A stretch of DNA of 64,000 nt, taken from the NCBI GenBank assembly GCA_038891615.1, contig JAWADY010000003.1, positions 70,977-134,976 of the forward strand. The letters run 5' to 3'. The DNA comes from Candidatus Woesearchaeota archaeon (GTDB lineage: Archaea; Nanobdellota; Nanobdellia; Woesearchaeales; ARS49). The position numbers and the translations under genes are program-made. Numbering within the stretch: position 1 is the stretch's first letter; every line of letters begins with the position of its first letter. Shown here piece after piece: positions 51,015 to 59,071 of this stretch. The notes beneath the pieces were generated by a model. That model was not told the origin of the DNA. It was given only the letters and a program-made list of their open reading frames with translations, and did no database searches.

Positions 51015-51473
51015 CTAAAAGAGAAACGGCGTTAGCTTGAGCAGAAGCAAACCAATAACTGCCCCATACGCCCAACCAACTATTATATCAGACCAGTAAT
51101 GTTTGCGCAACCAAATCCTTGTCACTCCAACAGCTATTACTCCTCCTGCTATCAACAAATTTGCAAGAATGTTTTGCAGCAGGGCAGCAACCAAAATTCC
51201 AAGGACAACTGAACGAGCAGAGTGCACAGAAGGGAACGATGCCGCGTCAATCCTCTCAAACAAGTTTGTGTAGACCCTTTTTTCTGGCCTTTTTCTAAAC
51301 CAAAAGGTGCTTGTTATAGCCTTGGCTGCATAAACAGCCACAAGTCCAAGCAGTAGTTGTGAAAAAACAATCCACTTCCCTGCAACCGCAAACAGCGCAG
51401 TAATCATTAAATAAATCGGTAGTCCTCCAAGTGCCGTTGTGTCGCTAATTAATTCTTCAAGCCATTGCTTCAT
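51015..51473 (-). CDS. PAP2-family membrane phosphatase
   Basis: RKRP, SFPSVH and TRIWLRKHYWSD motifs; ATG 3 nt after the tRNA-Gln 3' end. Confidence 0.85.
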   Translation of the reverse strand: MKQWLEELISDTTALGGLPIYLMITALFAVAGKWIVFSQLLLGLVAVYAAKAITSTFWFRKRPEKRVYTNLFERIDAASFPSVHSARSVVLGILVAALLQNILANLLIAGGVIAVGVTRIWLRKHYWSDIIVGWAYGAVIGLLLLKLTPFLF

Positions 51474-51476
51474 GTA

Positions 51477-51582
51477 TAGCCCCGGGCAGATTCGAACTGC
51501 CGTCAACTGGGCCAGAGCCAGTTATGCTTGACCGTTATGCATGACTGCCAAAAATTGGCAGTACATTCTACACCACGGGGCT
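51477..51582 (-). tRNA. tRNA-Gln(CUG) with a 33-nt intron at position 15/16 (51535-51567)
   Basis: A1-U72 acceptor AGCCCCG/CGGGGCT; anticodon loop CT CTG GC; intron removal restores GTGTAG-CGGTCAAGCAT. Confidence 0.9.
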
Positions 51583-51629
51583 GTAGAGGTGCTTTTTTGG
51601 AAAATTTATAAACGTATCGTTCTCAAGCT

Positions 51630-52691
51630 TTAACCACCTAATTGCTTCTTTTGCACAAGATTTGAAAGAGATACCCCAATGAGCCTTATCAATTCGTTGC
51701 CCTGAAGAAACGGCTCTAGAAGTTTAAGTGCGGTTGCTTTTATGAGTGCTTTTGACTCGGTTGCTTTGTCAAGAGTCCTTGACGCAGTATGCGTTTCAAA
51801 CCACGCATAGCGCACCTTTACTGTTATTGTCCTGCACAAAAAGCCAAGCTCAACAAGCTGTTGATGAACCTCATCAACAATCTGCTCAAGTGCAGGAAGA
51901 AGCACCTTTTTGTCATTTGTGTTTTTCTCAAAAGTTAACTGCTTTCCAATAGATTTTATTGGATAAAACTCAACAATCTCGCGCTCATCAATTCCACGAG
52001 CCATAAGATAAAGGACTTTTCCAAAAACGCCAAAAAGCTCTACAAGCACTTCCAGCGGGGCTTTTCTAAGCTGTTTTACAGTCTTGTAGCCAAGCTGATG
52101 CAGAATCGCCCTTGTTTTAGGACCAACGCCATACAGAACATCAACATCCATATCATCAATAAACTCAAGAACCCTTGATGGCTGTACAACCGTTAGCCCA
52201 TCAGGTTTCTTTGAATCAGAAGCTATTTTTGCTATGAGCTTATTTGGCCCGATGCCAATAGAGCAGCTAAGCTTTTCTTTCTCAAGAATTTCTTTTTTTA
52301 TTTTTTTAGCAAGCTCCTCTGCTTTGGAATAGCTCCCAACACTGCTTACATCAAGATAAGCCTCGTCAATTGATGTCTGCTCAAACTTATCTGCATATTT
52401 TCGAAGGATCTTCATTATCTTTTCAGAAACAGAAACATAAAGCTCCATGCGAACAGGCAGAAAAACACACTCAGGACACTTTCTCCAGGCAATAGAGATT
52501 GGTTGGCCAGAATGTATGCCAAAACTCCTTGCTTCGTAGTTGGCAGTGCTAACAACTCCTCTTCCTTTGCCACCCTTAGGGTCTGCACCAACAACTACTG
52601 GCTTTCCTTTTAGTTCTGGCTGCTCTCGCTCTTCGACAGCAGCATAGAAATAGTCCATGTCAACATGCATGATTATTCTTTCTTTTGGCAT
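51630..52691 (-). CDS. dinB: DNA polymerase IV (Y family)
   Basis: HVDMDYFYAAVE, STANYEAR, SIDEAYLD and KPDG motifs; true start at MPKE (52691). Confidence 0.95.
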   Translation of the reverse strand: MPKERIIMHVDMDYFYAAVEEREQPELKGKPVVVGADPKGGKGRGVVSTANYEARSFGIHSGQPISIAWRKCPECVFLPVRMELYVSVSEKIMKILRKYADKFEQTSIDEAYLDVSSVGSYSKAEELAKKIKKEILEKEKLSCSIGIGPNKLIAKIASDSKKPDGLTVVQPSRVLEFIDDMDVDVLYGVGPKTRAILHQLGYKTVKQLRKAPLEVLVELFGVFGKVLYLMARGIDEREIVEFYPIKSIGKQLTFEKNTNDKKVLLPALEQIVDEVHQQLVELGFLCRTITVKVRYAWFETHTASRTLDKATESKALIKATALKLLEPFLQGNELIRLIGVSLSNLVQKKQLGG

Positions 52692-52696
52692 AAAAA

Positions 52697-52796
52697 TAGC
52701 CCCGCCCGGATTCGAACCGAGGTCCGCGGGTCCAAAGCCCGCTATCCTTGACCATTGTCCACGCAAGCATTTGAGCGCGTTCTAGACGACGGGGCT
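52697..52796 (-). tRNA. tRNA-Gln(UUG) with a 27-nt intron at position 15/16 (52755-52781)
   Basis: A1-U72 acceptor; anticodon loop CT TTG GA; BHB with central helix GTCT/GGAC. Confidence 0.9.
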
Positions 52797-52870
52797 GTAC
52801 TAACAGAATCTTTTATGCTTTTAAAACATTTCGTAGCAAAATTTATATATGCCGGGGTAAAAATTATTGT

Positions 52871-53206
52871 ATGCTTGTGAAAATTTTGATTTCATTGTCA
52901 GTTCTTTCAATTCTTTTCCTAGCTGCTTGTTCTGGCTCGCGAGAGGTTTCACAACACCCTCAAGAAAGGGCTATCAATGAGCCTCTCAAAGCAAAAATCA
53001 CCGTTGAAAGCTGTTCTGATTCCGATGGAGGAAAAGAGCCTAGTGTGCAAGGCTTGGTAAGGGCAACGCTTGCAGATGGAACATCTCTTGAGGCAAAAGA
53101 TGAGTGCTTGCTGGGTCTTTTAGTTGAGAACTACTGTGATGGCAGCAAGCCTGCAAATGTTAACATCAGATGTCAGAATAATTGCAGCAATGGGAGATGC
53201 CTTTAA
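52871..53206 (+). CDS. Cys-rich lipoprotein (CxDSDGG motif)
   Basis: Lipobox LAAC; CSDSDGG…DEC…ENYC…CQNNCSNGRC. Confidence 0.75.
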   Translation: MLVKILISLSVLSILFLAACSGSREVSQHPQERAINEPLKAKITVESCSDSDGGKEPSVQGLVRATLADGTSLEAKDECLLGLLVENYCDGSKPANVNIRCQNNCSNGRCL

Positions 53207-53297
53207 AGCCTTGAATAAGTTTTTGGCTTTTTCTTGAGAAGTGCTTTCTCGTCATGAAAGCTATAAACCCAGCAAGCAGATGAATGCCTACACTAGC

Positions 53298-54059
53298 TCA
53301 AACCAGAAACCTCTTGAGTGCTTCTTCTTCCACGAAGTGAAGTTTTGATGGCACGATGAGACAATGTGGCGGTTTTCCAAAATCTTGTTTTAAAAGTTCC
53401 TTTGCCTTACCGACTTTGATCTTCTGGTCCTCGCTTCCAAGCCTGCTACAGCCAATGCAGAGAGTGTCTGCAGTAAAGACCTTTTCATTTCTCAAGAGCT
53501 CAATCTTTTGCAAAAGGGCTATTGCATCAGCAATTGTCACAAAACGATTTTCATCTGGCTTGAGGTCGAGAAGGAAAAGTGTGTGCGCTGAAATGGACTG
53601 GTTTTGCTTTAATATCTCGTAAGGCGTTTCTGGCAAATATCCCTTTTCTGGAAATGGAATGCTTGCTGTTTTCCCAAACTTGTAAAGCTGAAGGCCGGTT
53701 TCTGCAACTGCTGTAAACACAGAAGCGCTATGGATAACCTTTACTTCTATTCCTTGTTTTAGTGCTCTGAGCACAAGGTCTATGTGCGTTGTTGCCGCGA
53801 AAGGGTCTCCAACAACAAGGAGTGCATTGTTGGCATCTTTTGCGCCCTTAAAAAGGCTTTCTTCAGGCTTTTGCTCAACAAGTTCGCGGCTTGCAAGTTG
53901 AATTTTCTTTCCAATTAGCTTTTCAAGAGCTGAAAGTTCAAAAAGCAGCGGGCTTGTGTAGGCATCAAGCCAGATTTTGTTGCTGTTCCTTGCAGCGTCA
54001 AGACCTTTTAGGCTTATGTCATCTTTTCCAAGGCCAATGCCTATCAGATAAAGCACCAT
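53298..54059 (-). CDS. dph5: Diphthine synthase
   Basis: LYLIGIGL, VGDPFAATTH, GLQLYKFG and HTLFLLD motifs. Confidence 0.93.
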   Translation of the reverse strand: MVLYLIGIGLGKDDISLKGLDAARNSNKIWLDAYTSPLLFELSALEKLIGKKIQLASRELVEQKPEESLFKGAKDANNALLVVGDPFAATTHIDLVLRALKQGIEVKVIHSASVFTAVAETGLQLYKFGKTASIPFPEKGYLPETPYEILKQNQSISAHTLFLLDLKPDENRFVTIADAIALLQKIELLRNEKVFTADTLCIGCSRLGSEDQKIKVGKAKELLKQDFGKPPHCLIVPSKLHFVEEEALKRFLV

Positions 54060-54111
54060 TTAGAAAAGGGTGGCTGGCTTGCTTAAAAAATTTTGCTGGA
54101 AGGTTGTTAAA

Positions 54112-54144
54112 AATAAAAAAGAAAACCCCTCCTAAGTGGAGGGG
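54112..54144 (-). terminator. Hairpin plus U-tract downstream of ftsZ
   Basis: CCCCTCC-ACTTA-GGAGGGG followed by TTTTCTTTTTTATTTTT on the minus strand. Confidence 0.65.
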
Positions 54145-54236
54145 CACTTTCCTCGCCTTCATTAAAATTTTGGGGGTGGTAATGAAGGCAAGAGAACACA
54201 CCTCTCTTTTGACCAAAGGGGGTGAGTATTACCTCA
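54145..54236 (-). ncRNA. Putative structured 3'-UTR element or sRNA downstream of ftsZ
   Basis: Two further hairpins, one with a ~16-bp stem and loop CCACCCCCAAAATTT. Confidence 0.35.
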
Positions 54237-54238
54237 TT

Positions 54239-55285
54239 TTAGTGAATAAGCTCTATGCCGAGCTCTTCTCCAATTACTTTGCTAGCTGATGCTTTTGCGC
54301 TATATTCCTTGCCAACAATCCATGGGCTCTTAACGCCTGTTATTATTGTCATAACCATAATCTTTCCTTTCATGCTCTCGTCGACCCTTGCTCCCCAGAT
54401 TACATTTGCGTCTTCGTCAAGGCTTTGTGTGACAAGCTCTCCAACCTTGTTAATCTCCTCTAGCGTCATGTCAGGCCCACCAACAACATGTATGAGAGCT
54501 CCTGTCGCGCCTTCATAATTTATTTCAAGCAATGGGTTCTCAAGTGCTCCCTTAACTGCTTCCTCAACCCTGTTTGTTGTGTCTGAGGTTCCAACCCCGA
54601 TTGCTGCAACTCCACCATTTGTCATTATTGCTCTCACATCAGCAAAGTCTAGATTCACAAGCGAAGGTATTGCTATTGTCTCGACAATTCCCTTTATCAT
54701 TGTCGCGATAAGCTCGTTTGCAACAGCAAAGGCTTGTTGAATTGGCAGGTTTCCAGCTATCTGAACAAGTCTATTGTTGTCGATAACTATGACTGTGTCT
54801 GAAACCTTTCTCAGCTGCTCAAGCCCAAACTCTGCTTTGTCGACCCTTGCGCGTTCAATTTTGAATGGCATTGTGACAGTTCCAATAACTATGGCACCCA
54901 TGTCCTTTGCAAGTTGTGCAATGATAGGTGCAGAACCAGTTCCAGTGCCACCTCCTTCTCCTGCGCAGACAAAAACCATGTCAGCATCCTTCAGAGCGGC
55001 CTTCAGGTCGTTCAGGCTTTCTTGGGCAGCGTCAGCGCCTTTTTGCGGAAAGCCTCCTGCGCCTAGTCCTTTTGTTACATCTTTTCCAATTAGTATTTTT
55101 TTATCAGCCTCTGATATTTTTAGGTGCTGAAGGTCTGTGTTACAGGCAATTATTTCGGCTCCTTTTATGCCACGCTTGTACAACCAGGTGACCATATTAT
55201 TGCCAGCCCCACCTGTGCCAACAATTTTTATGCTTGCAGGCTTTACCTCTATTTCGTTTATTGTAACATCTTTTGACCCATCCAT
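54239..55285 (-). CDS. ftsZ: Cell division protein FtsZ
   Basis: GTGGAGNN, GEGGGTGTG and NLDFAD motifs. Confidence 0.96.
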   Translation of the reverse strand: MDGSKDVTINEIEVKPASIKIVGTGGAGNNMVTWLYKRGIKGAEIIACNTDLQHLKISEADKKILIGKDVTKGLGAGGFPQKGADAAQESLNDLKAALKDADMVFVCAGEGGGTGTGSAPIIAQLAKDMGAIVIGTVTMPFKIERARVDKAEFGLEQLRKVSDTVIVIDNNRLVQIAGNLPIQQAFAVANELIATMIKGIVETIAIPSLVNLDFADVRAIMTNGGVAAIGVGTSDTTNRVEEAVKGALENPLLEINYEGATGALIHVVGGPDMTLEEINKVGELVTQSLDEDANVIWGARVDESMKGKIMVMTIITGVKSPWIVGKEYSAKASASKVIGEELGIELIH

Positions 55286-55323
55286 TTTTTCATCCCCCTT
55301 TTACCCCGTTTTTATTAAGCCCC

Positions 55324-55484
55324 CGCCGAAAAGTTTAAATAGTGGAAGCTTTTTCTTAGCCTTAGAAGAAAAAGCCGTTAAAACTGCGCCAACAGTTTTA
55401 ATGCTTAGAAAATAAGTCTAACTATCCAAACGCCAAATACACGCCAAACATTTTAACACGAGTTCGCCAAAACTCGGTGTTAAA
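55324..55484 (-). promoter_or_regulatory. Putative structured ftsZ leader with repeated TTGGCG motifs
   Basis: Two stems with identical TTGGCG loops, two unpaired copies and a third hairpin; BRE/TATA (AAAATGCTTATAAAT) at about 55511-55525. Confidence 0.55.
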
Positions 55485-55570
55485 TTAATTCTTTTATTTA
55501 ATTAGAAACTATTTATAAGCATTTTTATTCTCTATTGTCTATTTTGAAGAATATATTTTCTTTTACCAAA

Positions 55571-56194
55571 TCATCTTTTGAACTTCTCTAAGAACTTTTT
55601 TGCCTTTACGAGGGCTTGCTTCACATATTCTGAATATTCTCCAGTTATTTCAGCCTCGCTTCTTGCGGTGTTCCCCCACTTTTCAAAATAGGTAAGTTTC
55701 TCAATGCTGTATTTTGCTGGTTGGCTTGGGCTTTCATCAGGATAACCAAGGGTCAGTACAGCATATGGAATAGCATTCTCAGGCATCGAAACAGCCTTTT
55801 TTAGCATTTTTTCGTCAAATGCTCCAACCCAACACATTCCAAGTTCAAGTGCGGTTGCCGCAATAAACATGTTTTCTGCAGCAGCAGCACAGTCCTGAAT
55901 GATGTAAAGCTGTTCCCCTCTTTCTGAATAAAACCTTCCAACTTTCTTTGGTTCACCACAAACGATTATGTGGACAGGAGCTGCGGCCATCCACCATTGC
56001 TGCGAACAAGCTTCTGCAATTTCCCTCCGTTTGTCAGGATCAAGCACAATGATGAACTTCCAAGCTTGTAGGTTGCCTGCACAAGGAGCTAGGCTTCCTG
56101 CCTCAAGAATCTTTGACAGCTTATCCCATTCAACAGGTATAGAAAGATACTTTCTGATAGAACGCCTCTTTTTTATTGCCTCAAGCGCGTCCAT
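55571..56194 (-). CDS. Nitroreductase-family protein
   Basis: RRSIRKY, APCAGNLQAW, LGMCWVG and LGYP motifs. Confidence 0.9.
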   Translation of the reverse strand: MDALEAIKKRRSIRKYLSIPVEWDKLSKILEAGSLAPCAGNLQAWKFIIVLDPDKRREIAEACSQQWWMAAAPVHIIVCGEPKKVGRFYSERGEQLYIIQDCAAAAENMFIAATALELGMCWVGAFDEKMLKKAVSMPENAIPYAVLTLGYPDESPSQPAKYSIEKLTYFEKWGNTARSEAEITGEYSEYVKQALVKAKKFLEKFKR

Positions 56195-56305
56195 ATGAAA
56201 GCAAAAAAGAAAGCAATATTTAAAGCTATCTCGTTTAATATAGCGTGAAATAGAGAAATGCTTTTATATTAGTATTAGAGATGAGCATTCAAAGGGTGGG
56301 ATTGA

Positions 56306-56755
56306 ATGGGACAGTTGGATTCTATTCTAAATCAAGTAATTGAGAACTCTAACAAATATGTTGTCATTGGAATATCATCAAAAATTAATTCTTTGTACAC
56401 GGCAGTAATCAAAGAAAATTTTAAGGCTGCAAAAGAGGTTTATGAAGAGCTTAAGTCTCAGCGCATTTATGACATTGTTTGCTTGCTCGAGCCTAAACTT
56501 TCATCAGTATTTTCTTCTAAAATAAAAGCGTATGGCCCGCTTTTTAGAAATACCTTTGTTGATGAGTTTAGAGCGCTCTCAAGTGCCCAAGAAAAGCTGT
56601 ACATAGAGCAATTAGAAGTTGGTAATCCTTCCCAGCTCCAAGCAATAAAAGCAATCGAACAGTTTTTAAAGCGACCGTGGGAGCCTAAAAAAACTATAAA
56701 CTACAAATCCTCTATAAGCGCCTATCAAAGGCCACTTTTTGCACACTCTGGATGA
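56306..56755 (+). CDS. Hypothetical protein
   Basis: TTTTATAT promoter, SD-like GGGTGGG and a 149-aa ORF. Confidence 0.55.
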   Translation: MGQLDSILNQVIENSNKYVVIGISSKINSLYTAVIKENFKAAKEVYEELKSQRIYDIVCLLEPKLSSVFSSKIKAYGPLFRNTFVDEFRALSSAQEKLYIEQLEVGNPSQLQAIKAIEQFLKRPWEPKKTINYKSSISAYQRPLFAHSG

Positions 56756-56839
56756 GCAATAAAACTTAATGCTGTTTTCAAAAGGTACAATTGGCTCTTC
56801 TTCTGACTTCTCAAAATTTGGTTATTAGAAACTATGAAA

Positions 56840-56912
56840 CGCCCCCGCGAGGATTTGAACCCCGGTCTCAGGCTCCGCAAGCCCGCATACTATCCAACTA
56901 TACTACGGGGGC
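56840..56912 (-). tRNA. tRNA-Arg(GCG), no intron
   Basis: GCCCCCG/CGGGGGC acceptor; anticodon loop TT GCG GA; T-loop TTCAAAT. Confidence 0.93.
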
Positions 56913-56963
56913 ATGTTAATAATTTCCATTCACTGGCTTTTTTAAATGTTTTCGGCATTTTAT

Positions 56964-57666
56964 TTAGCACTCCTTTGTGCACTCTGATTCGCAGCTTGGA
57001 AGCGTTGAATTGCAAATAGCCTCGATGAGGTCTTCAAACATAACCAGTTGCTCATCAAAAAGCACTGGCTCTTTAAGCTTAACGCTCTCGCCTTCGAGCT
57101 CAAGGGTAGCGCTCTTTGTAGTACCACCCCTTACCGAAGGTTTTAAAAGAATGTTTTCGCCCACCAAAACAATTGCTTCTGCAAGCACAAAGTTGACTGC
57201 GACAAAAGTTGTTTCTCCTTGCACCGGCTCAAAATCACCAAAAATATTGCCTTGAACTTGGAATATGAAAACTTTTTAGAGTTCCATTAATCAGAATGTT
57301 TCTACTTTCCTTAACTTCCAACCTTATGTTGTCATAATTTGTAGGGCTAAGAGGTGATTGTGACAATTGAAAGAATATTCCTTGCCTTAGCAAGGTCAAA
57401 TATGTGCCTTCCTTCAAACACCTTTTGCCATTCTCCTTTTTTATTCCCTACTCAAACCCGCTCTATTGTCAGATTTAAGCTAGAGATAAAACTAGCATTT
57501 ATTTGACTGTCCCTTATTGCCAGCGCAAAACTCCAATTTGTCTTTGGAAAGGTGATTTTTTGTTGATGTTTTCATAAAACAGAGATTGGTTTTCCAAAGG
57601 CTTTGGCATATAGCTGAGAAGAAACAAAGATATGCTTAAAGTCAAAAGCAGTAGCGCTCTTTTCAT
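56964..57666 (-). pseudogene. Decayed DUF4382-like exported protein gene
   Basis: Signal peptide MKRALLLL…, then segments ALAIRD…SLNLTIERV*V…EWQKV…FDL, NYDNIRLEV…INGT…IPSS and GETTFVAVNF…ILLKPSV in different frames. Confidence 0.65.
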
Positions 57667-57672
57667 CTTCGA

Positions 57673-57800
57673 TGGCCCTGGTGAGATTTGAACTCACGAC
57701 CTCTCGATTTATGAAATTCGCAGTTCGCTCATTGCACTTACGCATTGGCTGAACTGGAATTTATCAGTCGAGTGCACCAACCAGGCTATGCTACAGGGCC
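57673..57800 (-). tRNA. tRNA-Ile(GAU) with a 53-nt intron at canonical 37/38 (57709-57761)
   Basis: GGCCCTG/CAGGGCC acceptor; CTCGA-CT GAT A|A-TCGAG after intron removal. Confidence 0.9.
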
Positions 57801-57847
57801 ATCTGTTTGTAAAAAGCAACCTTTTATAAAATTATCTGGAGCATGAA

Positions 57848-57919
57848 CGCCCCTGGCCAGAATCGAACTGGCGACCTTGCGGTTAACAGCCGCACGCTCC
57901 ACCGCTAAGCTACAGGGGC
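57848..57919 (-). tRNA. tRNA-Asn(GUU), no intron
   Basis: GCCCCTG/CAGGGGC acceptor; anticodon loop CT GTT AA. Confidence 0.93.
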
Positions 57920-57962
57920 TTAGGGGGATAACTTTTTATATTCTTTAAAAACATTTCTCTGC

Positions 57963-58295
57963 ATGGACATAAGATATGAACTTGAGCTTGAAAGGGCAGT
58001 TGAGGAGATAAAGAAGAGTGATGCAAGATTAGTATGCATACAGCTTCCTGATGGCTTAAAGCCAATTGCGAGCGAGATAGCAAAAAGACTTGAAAAAGAA
58101 ACAGGTGCAAAAATCCTAATTTGGCTTGGAAGCTGTTTTGGTGCTTGTGATACACCAATTGCTCCTGTTGCTTCTTCTGGAGTGGACCTTCTTATACAGT
58201 GGGGCCACAGTCCTTGGGTTCACGCAAGTTGCCAAAAAGGACTTGAAGAGTGGCAAAGAAAGGGCATACCAGGCATTGCCAAGTTAAAGAGTTGA
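57963..58295 (+). CDS. dph2: Diphthamide synthesis Dph2, N-terminal domain only (110 aa)
   Basis: IQLPDGLK, SCFGACD and IQWGHS motifs. Confidence 0.8.
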   Translation: MDIRYELELERAVEEIKKSDARLVCIQLPDGLKPIASEIAKRLEKETGAKILIWLGSCFGACDTPIAPVASSGVDLLIQWGHSPWVHASCQKGLEEWQRKGIPGIAKLKS

Positions 58296-58309
58296 TTTAA
58301 GGAAAAGGA

Positions 58310-58726
58310 TTGAGAATGACAAGTTCAGGCTTGCTTGTTCACATCATATTGTCAGTACTTGCATTATCTGGAATTTTTACAGGATACTTACTTGGAAGCC
58401 TAACGCGCGAGGAATTGCCTTCTGGGCAAAGATACTTTAAGTTGCTTCAATCCTTTCTCCTTGCAACAATTCTGTTCATTTTACTAAAAAGCTCTGGACT
58501 AGCTTGGATTGCATCAGTAGCAAGTGCAGCTGCATTACTTTTACTTTCAATTTTCTTTGTTTTGCCACTGTCAGCTGTTTATGCCTTCTTCATTATTGCG
58601 CTTTATACAGCTTACAAGCTTGGAATTTTTTTAGAGCTTGTGTTCCTTACCTTCCTTTATGGTTTACCGGCAGGAAGCCTCCTTTTTTTGCAAAAAGGTA
58701 AAAAACTTTTGAAAAGTTTTAAATAG
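58310..58726 (+). CDS. Membrane protein
   Basis: Hydrophobic multi-TM ORF; FLYGLPAGS. Confidence 0.65.
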   Translation: MRMTSSGLLVHIILSVLALSGIFTGYLLGSLTREELPSGQRYFKLLQSFLLATILFILLKSSGLAWIASVASAAALLLLSIFFVLPLSAVYAFFIIALYTAYKLGIFLELVFLTFLYGLPAGSLLFLQKGKKLLKSFK

Positions 58727-58759
58727 TGTTACACAAACAACCTACTAAAAAGAGGTTGT

Positions 58760-59071
58760 ATGGCTCTAGGAATTTACGATTGGATTTATGGAATAGCGCA
58801 GCTGGCTGCAGCATTTCTCGCAATTGTTTCTGGTTTTCTAGCCTTGAGCATGCTTAATGTTTCACAGCAAAAGAAAATTCTTAAAGGATGGAGATGGCTA
58901 ATCTTTGCCATAATATTTTTTGTGGCGATTGAATTTGTCGGAGCACTCAAAACCTTTGGCATATATCATGCCGCGCCCTGGCTAACCCATGTTTTTGCAG
59001 GAGTTGTTGTTATTTTTTTGATTGCTGCCCTTGCAACTGAGAGCCACATCAAAGCGGGGTGTACAAAATGA
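58760..59071 (+). CDS. 3-TM membrane protein
   Basis: TATA and SD GAGG upstream; three TMs. Confidence 0.7.
   Translation: MALGIYDWIYGIAQLAAAFLAIVSGFLALSMLNVSQQKKILKGWRWLIFAIIFFVAIEFVGALKTFGIYHAAPWLTHVFAGVVVIFLIAALATESHIKAGCTK

Noticed and set aside
52692-52766. N-terminal extensions of DinB and PAP2 in the ORF track
   Set aside because: They are translations through tRNA genes; the real starts are 52691 and 51473
51477-52796. Integrated element carrying dinB with tRNA att sites
   Set aside because: Both flanks are complete tRNAs with different anticodons and there is no integrase or truncated att copy
54145-54236. SRP RNA or RNase P RNA
   Set aside because: Too short and lacks the SRP helix 8 GNRA motif and the RNase P P4 consensus
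55324-55570. Replication origin or mini-CRISPR upstream of ftsZ
   Set aside because: Repeats are only 6-7 bp with irregular spacing, there is no ORB G-string or cdc6 nearby, and the AT-rich part contains a promoter; an origin is not excluded but is unsupported
57452-57454. TGA recoding or alternative genetic code
   Set aside because: The same gene has several frameshifts and TGA is a normal stop elsewhere in the window
56964-57666. BHB introns in a protein gene explaining the frameshifts
   Set aside because: The breaks look like 1-2 nt indels and I saw no BHB motif at them
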